Assembly (NCBI GenBank): GCA_964347025.1
Contig: CAYFWU010000004.1
Coordinates: 3,752-67,751, forward strand
Length of the DNA stretch: 64,000 nucleotides
DNA from: an uncultured archaeon
Lineage (GTDB): Archaea > Aenigmatarchaeota > Aenigmatarchaeia > QMZP01 > QMZT01
Reading direction: 5' to 3'
In this document: positions 60,607 to 64,000 of the stretch, one piece after another
Layout of the letters: every line of letters begins with the position of its first letter
Numbering within the stretch: the stretch's first letter is position 1
The notes under the pieces: model-generated
What the model saw: only the letters and a program-made list of their open reading frames with translations
What the model was told of the DNA's origin: nothing
Database searches by the model: none
Program-made: the position numbers and the translations under genes

Positions 60607-61326
60607 TTACCCCACCTCTTTCAATATTTTTTCACCGTGATGGATCGCTTTCTTCAGAAGCCACTCATCATAACTTTCCTTGTGGATCTTTATGGGTTCT
60701 TTCAGGGTCTTCCAGTGCCATTTAAGTTTGACATTTTTCGACCGGATGTTAAAACCAACCTTCCCCTTAGGATTTTCGAAATCCTTAACTTCAAAGAAAT
60801 TCTTGTTGTTTTTTATTTGATAATTATCCCACCATATCCTTAGGTGCCCTCTTTTCAGACCTTTCTTAACGAACCTGTCAATCCACTTCTTTTGATGTGT
60901 GTCGTAGTCTCCCACCAGATGCAGACGCTCCAGTCTTTCTCCCTTCTTCAGTTTCTTTTCTCTGCACTTGTTCAGAATCCAGTCTTCAAAGCTCTCCTCG
61001 TGCATCTTTATAGGCTTTCTGGGGGTCTTCCAGTGCCATTTCAGTTTTAGTTTTTTCGAACGGATATCAAGACCCACCTTTCCTCCCGGATTTTCAAAAT
61101 CCTTTACCTCTATGAAATTCTTGTCATTCAGAACTTCGCGATTCTCTTTCCAGATCCAGAAATGCCCTCTCTTTAAACCCCTCTTAACGAATCTCTCGAT
61201 CCAGGTTTTCTTGTCAGGATCAATCTTTAATTTCCATTTGCCTTTATTTCGTCTCTCCAGAACAGATATCGCTCTTTCCAGTCTTTTCTCAGTCGATTCA
61301 ATAGGATCCTTTCTTTTTCGAGCCAT
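60607..61326 (-). CDS. hypothetical basic protein made of two tandem ~100-aa repeats
   Basis: 239 aa. Unit 1 is KKTWIERFVKRGLKRGHFWIWKENREV...LKLKWHWKTPRKPIKMHEESFEDWILNK. Unit 2 is QKKWIDRFVKKGLKRGHLRIWWDNYQI...VKLKWHWKTLKEPIKIHKESYDEWLLKK. Confidence 0.45.
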   Translation of the reverse strand: MARKRKDPIESTEKRLERAISVLERRNKGKWKLKIDPDKKTWIERFVKRGLKRGHFWIWKENREVLNDKNFIEVKDFENPGGKVGLDIRSKKLKLKWHWKTPRKPIKMHEESFEDWILNKCREKKLKKGERLERLHLVGDYDTHQKKWIDRFVKKGLKRGHLRIWWDNYQIKNNKNFFEVKDFENPKGKVGFNIRSKNVKLKWHWKTLKEPIKIHKESYDEWLLKKAIHHGEKILKEVG

Positions 61327-61415
61327 GAGACCACCCTGGGAAAATAACCGAATGTCTATTTATTGGAATCCTGATATTTATAGTTTTTGCCGATGATCTG
61401 AAAAAAAGGAGATCA

Positions 61416-61665
61416 CGCTGGGAGCAGGAAATTCGAGCGAAGCAGGTTTCACCTGCTTCATACGCCATTCGAACCTGCACGGGCAAAAAGCCCACCGGAT
61501 CTCTTGACATAGCTCGTCCGAGGACTTGCTGATGTAAGATACTGGTTTTGGTTGATCTTCATCTCCGCCGTATCCGAGTCAAGCCATCAAATCACCGCAA
61601 CGCAAGGTCGCTCATAAGATCCAGTGCTCAAGTCCGGCGCGTTAGCCTGGTTCCGCCATCCCAGC
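61416..61665 (-). tRNA. tRNA-Ser (anticodon UGA) with a 126-nt canonical-position intron and a 38-nt T-loop insertion
   Basis: Minus strand: GCTGGGA-TG-GCGG-AACCAGGCTAA-CGC-G-CCGGA-CTTGAG[126]A-TCCGG-TGGGCTTTTTGCCCGT-GCAGG-TTCGAAT[38]CCTGC-TCCCAGC-G. A TATTTATAAATA box lies about 30 nt upstream. Confidence 0.7.
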
Positions 61666-61720
61666 GTGTGTCTATAGAATTCTATTGATGTATATTTATA
61701 AATAGCATCCAGAATTGAAT

Positions 61721-61927
61721 TCACAACCTCAGATCATGCTTGAATTTTTTCTTTTCCGCTTTGCCCAGGGGCCATGCCTCTTCGATCAGCATGTTTGGGA
61801 CGTTTCCGTCAAGAATAGGATACGCAAGCCTGCATTTTTTACAGGTCAAGAACATCTTATTTTCCTTGATATCTCCTTTACATTTGGGACATGCCAGTAT
61901 CTTCAAAAGCTCTTTGTCTACGCTCAT
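61721..61927 (-). CDS. trm112: Trm112 / UPF0434 family zinc-ribbon protein (methyltransferase activator)
   Basis: 68 aa. LLKILACPKCKG...LTCKKCRLAYPILDGNVPNMLIEEA matches the Trm112p-like family. Confidence 0.65.
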   Translation of the reverse strand: MSVDKELLKILACPKCKGDIKENKMFLTCKKCRLAYPILDGNVPNMLIEEAWPLGKAEKKKFKHDLRL

Positions 61928-61982
61928 ATTAAAATTTAGAAGAAGGTTTTAAAAAGGCTTTTTATGAAATTTTTCAGAGAAT

Positions 61983-62246
61983 TTATTTCTTGAGTTTCTT
62001 CTTCTCCCTCTTCATTTCATCCTTCAGTCTGGGGAGGCGCATTACGAAACCGCATTTAGAGCATTTCACAGCGAACGGACGCCTCCATTCGGCATCAACA
62101 TGCCCCTTGAAACCGCATTCAGGGCATTCGTAGTCCGTTTCCGCTGTGTCCGAATCCACCTTCACGAGGACCCTCATCCTTCCTCTCTCTTCCTCTCTTG
62201 AGTTCCTCAGCGTTCGGTTGCTCACGAACTTGTATTTCCTTTCCAT
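61983..62246 (-). CDS. hypothetical zinc-ribbon protein
   Basis: 87 aa (alternative ATG at 62177). Has CPECG...CSKCG and a Lys-rich tail. Confidence 0.4.
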   Translation of the reverse strand: MERKYKFVSNRTLRNSREEERGRMRVLVKVDSDTAETDYECPECGFKGHVDAEWRRPFAVKCSKCGFVMRLPRLKDEMKREKKKLKK

Positions 62247-62270
62247 AGTATCACTTCGTTAAATTTCTAT

Positions 62271-63176
62271 TTAAATAAACACTCCTATAATGAACGCGAT
62301 CAGAGCAATAAACATCCCGATTTTCAGGCGTTTGCTTATCCTTTTGTAACCCCTCCTTCTCTTCCTCTCCCTCACGAGAGAATAAATACACCAGAGAAAG
62401 ACGAGATCTGCCAGACTCACGATGAAAAGATAACCAGTTCCCATGAACCCGTAATGGTAGGGAAGGTAGGAAAAAATTATCGCTAACATCAGGCAGGCGA
62501 CAGCGATTACAACCATTGCCTTTTCCCCGTGTTTGATCTTCACACCTGTCTTGGTAAGACCGAACCTCTCCCCTATGGATTCAGTCACTTTCATGGCGAT
62601 TCTTTTGAGGAAGCTCTTTCGATCCCCTTCCATATCCTCAAGATCCTTCACTATCTCTCTGGTTATGGTCGTTAACATCGCGAGAATCATCAGGATCAGG
62701 GGTATAACTAACAGTGATAAGTTCCCGATCGCGGCTCCGCCAAAGAGGAAGGTTGACCCGACAAGATAACCTATCGCCAGGTTTCCCATTAAAAGTTTAT
62801 GCTGAAGCACGTAGGAATAGGCTATCAGTAAGAGTGAGTTAATGACCGCTATGAAGAACGTTATCCAGTTTATGAAGCCGGCGGCGACTATCCCTACAAA
62901 GAACAGGATCATTGAGAATGCGAGGGCTGAACCCTTTGAAACCTTTCCCGAGGGTATGGGCCTCTTCGGTCTGTTTACTTTATCCGCTTCAATGTCAGCG
63001 TAATCATTGAAGACATTCCCGGCCCCTGTTATCACGAATATTGCAAAAAGAGCGTAGATCATTGGAATGTAGAATCCGCCTATCCCCTGACCTGCAACTA
63101 GGAACCCTCCGATAAAACCGGCTATTACCCCCATCAGGCAATTGAAAGGTCTCATCATCTCGAACAGCTCGAACAT
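62271..63176 (-). CDS. UbiA-family prenyltransferase, likely digeranylgeranylglyceryl phosphate synthase
   Basis: 301 aa, polytopic. Has the Asp-rich motif NVFNDYADIEADKVNRPKRPIPSG. Confidence 0.65.
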   Translation of the reverse strand: MFELFEMMRPFNCLMGVIAGFIGGFLVAGQGIGGFYIPMIYALFAIFVITGAGNVFNDYADIEADKVNRPKRPIPSGKVSKGSALAFSMILFFVGIVAAGFINWITFFIAVINSLLLIAYSYVLQHKLLMGNLAIGYLVGSTFLFGGAAIGNLSLLVIPLILMILAMLTTITREIVKDLEDMEGDRKSFLKRIAMKVTESIGERFGLTKTGVKIKHGEKAMVVIAVACLMLAIIFSYLPYHYGFMGTGYLFIVSLADLVFLWCIYSLVRERKRRRGYKRISKRLKIGMFIALIAFIIGVFI

Positions 63177-63216
63177 AATATTACCTTTCGCATAGGAAAT
63201 ATAAATAAAAAATAGC

Positions 63217-63393
63217 TTAAACCTTGTGCTCCTTGTGGATCGGTCTCAGGCTCTTTCTCCTGCACTTCCTGCATTTGATTTTACCTGCCCTGACCTTGAG
63301 CAGGTCGGCCTTAATCTTCGCCCCGCATTTCATGCAGATGAACACTCTTTGAAACACGCGGGCGTCTGTCTCTGGAAATTTTTGCTTGACCAT
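63217..63393 (-). CDS. rpl40e: 50S ribosomal protein L40e (58 aa, below ORF-track cutoff)
   Basis: Translates to MVKQKFPETDARVFQRVFICMKCGAKIKADLLKVRAGKIKCRKCRRKSLRPIHKEHKV, which follows the archaeal L40e pattern (FPEA.AR.F....IC..CGA.......KCRKC....LRP.KKE). The track's plus-strand ORF here is antisense. Confidence 0.7.
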   Translation of the reverse strand: MVKQKFPETDARVFQRVFICMKCGAKIKADLLKVRAGKIKCRKCRRKSLRPIHKEHKV

Positions 63394-63419
63394 AATCTCT
63401 CTTTATTATTCAATTATAT

Positions 63420-63773
63420 TTAAATTGTTTTCCTCCCTGCCTTCTTCCTCCCTGATTTTATCGTTCCGGAGACGCGCGAGGTCTGGAATATAACCTTCGA
63501 ATCTCCTATCTGGTGGATCAGACCAAGCGAGACTTTAACATCATCCACGTACTTATGTGAGCAGCATAAAACCCCGCTCTGGCCTTTCTGGTCCCAGAGG
63601 TTCTTGATCACCCAGGGCTTCGCAAGGGCGAGGTCCTTGTCTCCGAGCCAGTTGAGAAGTGAATTCATTATTGCGTCCTTCACCGTCCTATATTCCAGCC
63701 TTTCGAAAGAGTGAACCTTAAAGAAAACATAGCGCTTATTTTCTCTCAGTGTCGGTCTCCCCTTTAGCCTCAT
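63420..63773 (-). CDS. rnp2: RNase P protein component 2 (Pop5 homolog)
   Basis: 117 aa. KGRPTLRENKRYVFFKV... and the overall size and pattern match archaeal Pop5. Confidence 0.65.
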   Translation of the reverse strand: MRLKGRPTLRENKRYVFFKVHSFERLEYRTVKDAIMNSLLNWLGDKDLALAKPWVIKNLWDQKGQSGVLCCSHKYVDDVKVSLGLIHQIGDSKVIFQTSRVSGTIKSGRKKAGRKTI

Positions 63774-63953
63774 AATTAATTAATATAGTATATCAATATT
63801 AATATTCTCGGGATCTTGCGTGGAACAAACCACTTTTAAAAAAACAACCTGTCGATAATTTTAAATACCTTTCGTTTTTTACCGCATAGGTATAAAAAAC
63901 TTTTCACAAACAGATTAACAATAACTTTTTACTACAACCCCGTGAGGTTTTTT

Positions 63954-64000
63954 ATGAAAGAGGAAAGGCCAATCATTGATGTTGATTCGATCGAACTCAA
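63954..64000 (+). CDS. start of an unidentified ORF running off the right edge
   Basis: ATG at 63954 (MKEERPIIDVDSIEL...). Too short to classify. Confidence 0.2.
   Translation, partial: MKEERPIIDVDSIEL

Noticed and set aside
61298-61510. 70-aa minus-strand ORF overlapping the tRNA-Ser(UGA) locus
   Set aside because: It overlaps the tRNA exons and introns and has no motif. The tRNA interpretation explains the sequence better.
61486-61611. Possible C/D-box sRNA or other cargo inside the 126-nt tRNA-Ser intron
   Set aside because: There are only weak C-box-like strings (GAGATGAAGA, GTGATTTGATGG) and no CTGA D box in the intron. There is no terminal kink-turn arrangement, so the evidence is insufficient.
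63226-63423. 65-aa plus-strand ORF
   Set aside because: The opposite strand encodes a recognisable ribosomal protein L40e (63217-63393).
1-64000. CRISPR arrays, rRNA genes, transposases, integrases, toxin-antitoxin or recognisable defence-system genes
   Set aside because: I looked for regularly spaced direct repeats, rRNA-like conserved blocks, and DDE, tyrosine-recombinase, Cas and restriction-enzyme motifs in the ORF translations. None was found. The only repeats seen are the short palindromes, the tRNA-derived repeats and intragenic protein repeats reported above.

Overview
Gene-dense archaeal chromosome segment of about 100 genes, many with 4-nt overlaps and GGAGG-type ribosome-binding sites. 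There is no rRNA, CRISPR array, transposase or integrase. The content fits a small-genome anaerobic archaeon of DPANN/ARMAN-like type; this lineage call is inference from gene content only.

Main gene groups:
- Information processing: MCM, RpoN, L40e, Pop5, Trm5, Trm112, MC1 chromatin protein, tRNA splicing endonuclease.
- Lipid and energy metabolism: UbiA/DGGGP synthase; porGDAB plus ferredoxin; iorAB.
- Redox defence: a seven-gene thiol-redox/ROS operon (Grx-like, rubredoxin-like, FTR catalytic subunit, reverse rubrerythrin, rubrerythrin, desulfoferrodoxin).
- dNTP supply: a bacterial-style nrdR-nrdD-nrdG operon with two NrdR boxes.
- DNA repair: Ogg, endonuclease V, a T4-pdg-like glycosylase.
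- Metal transport: CDF and ZIP transporters.
- Surface: a cluster of secreted, sequon-rich proteins.

Most notable observations:
1. Four of the five tRNA genes are interrupted. They carry six insertions in total, five at non-canonical sites (D-loop, anticodon stem, three T-loops), plus one 126-nt canonical intron. A 412-aa three-unit (alphaN-alpha-betaC-like) splicing endonuclease is encoded in the same window.
2. The class III RNR gene is cut by one in-frame TAA. This leaves the glycyl-radical loop on a separate 51-codon ORF that has its own GGAGG and ATG.
3. A TATA-like box fused to a perfect 7-3-7 palindrome occurs three times, in front of the redox operon, the nifS/nuclease divergent pair and a tiny Cys-rich ORF.
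4. A divergent PadR / Cys-rich micro-gene locus has paired ATCGG-N4-CCGAT operators. It is bracketed by direct repeats derived from the 3' end of the adjacent tRNA-Gly.

All homology calls rest on motif recognition by eye; no database search was run.
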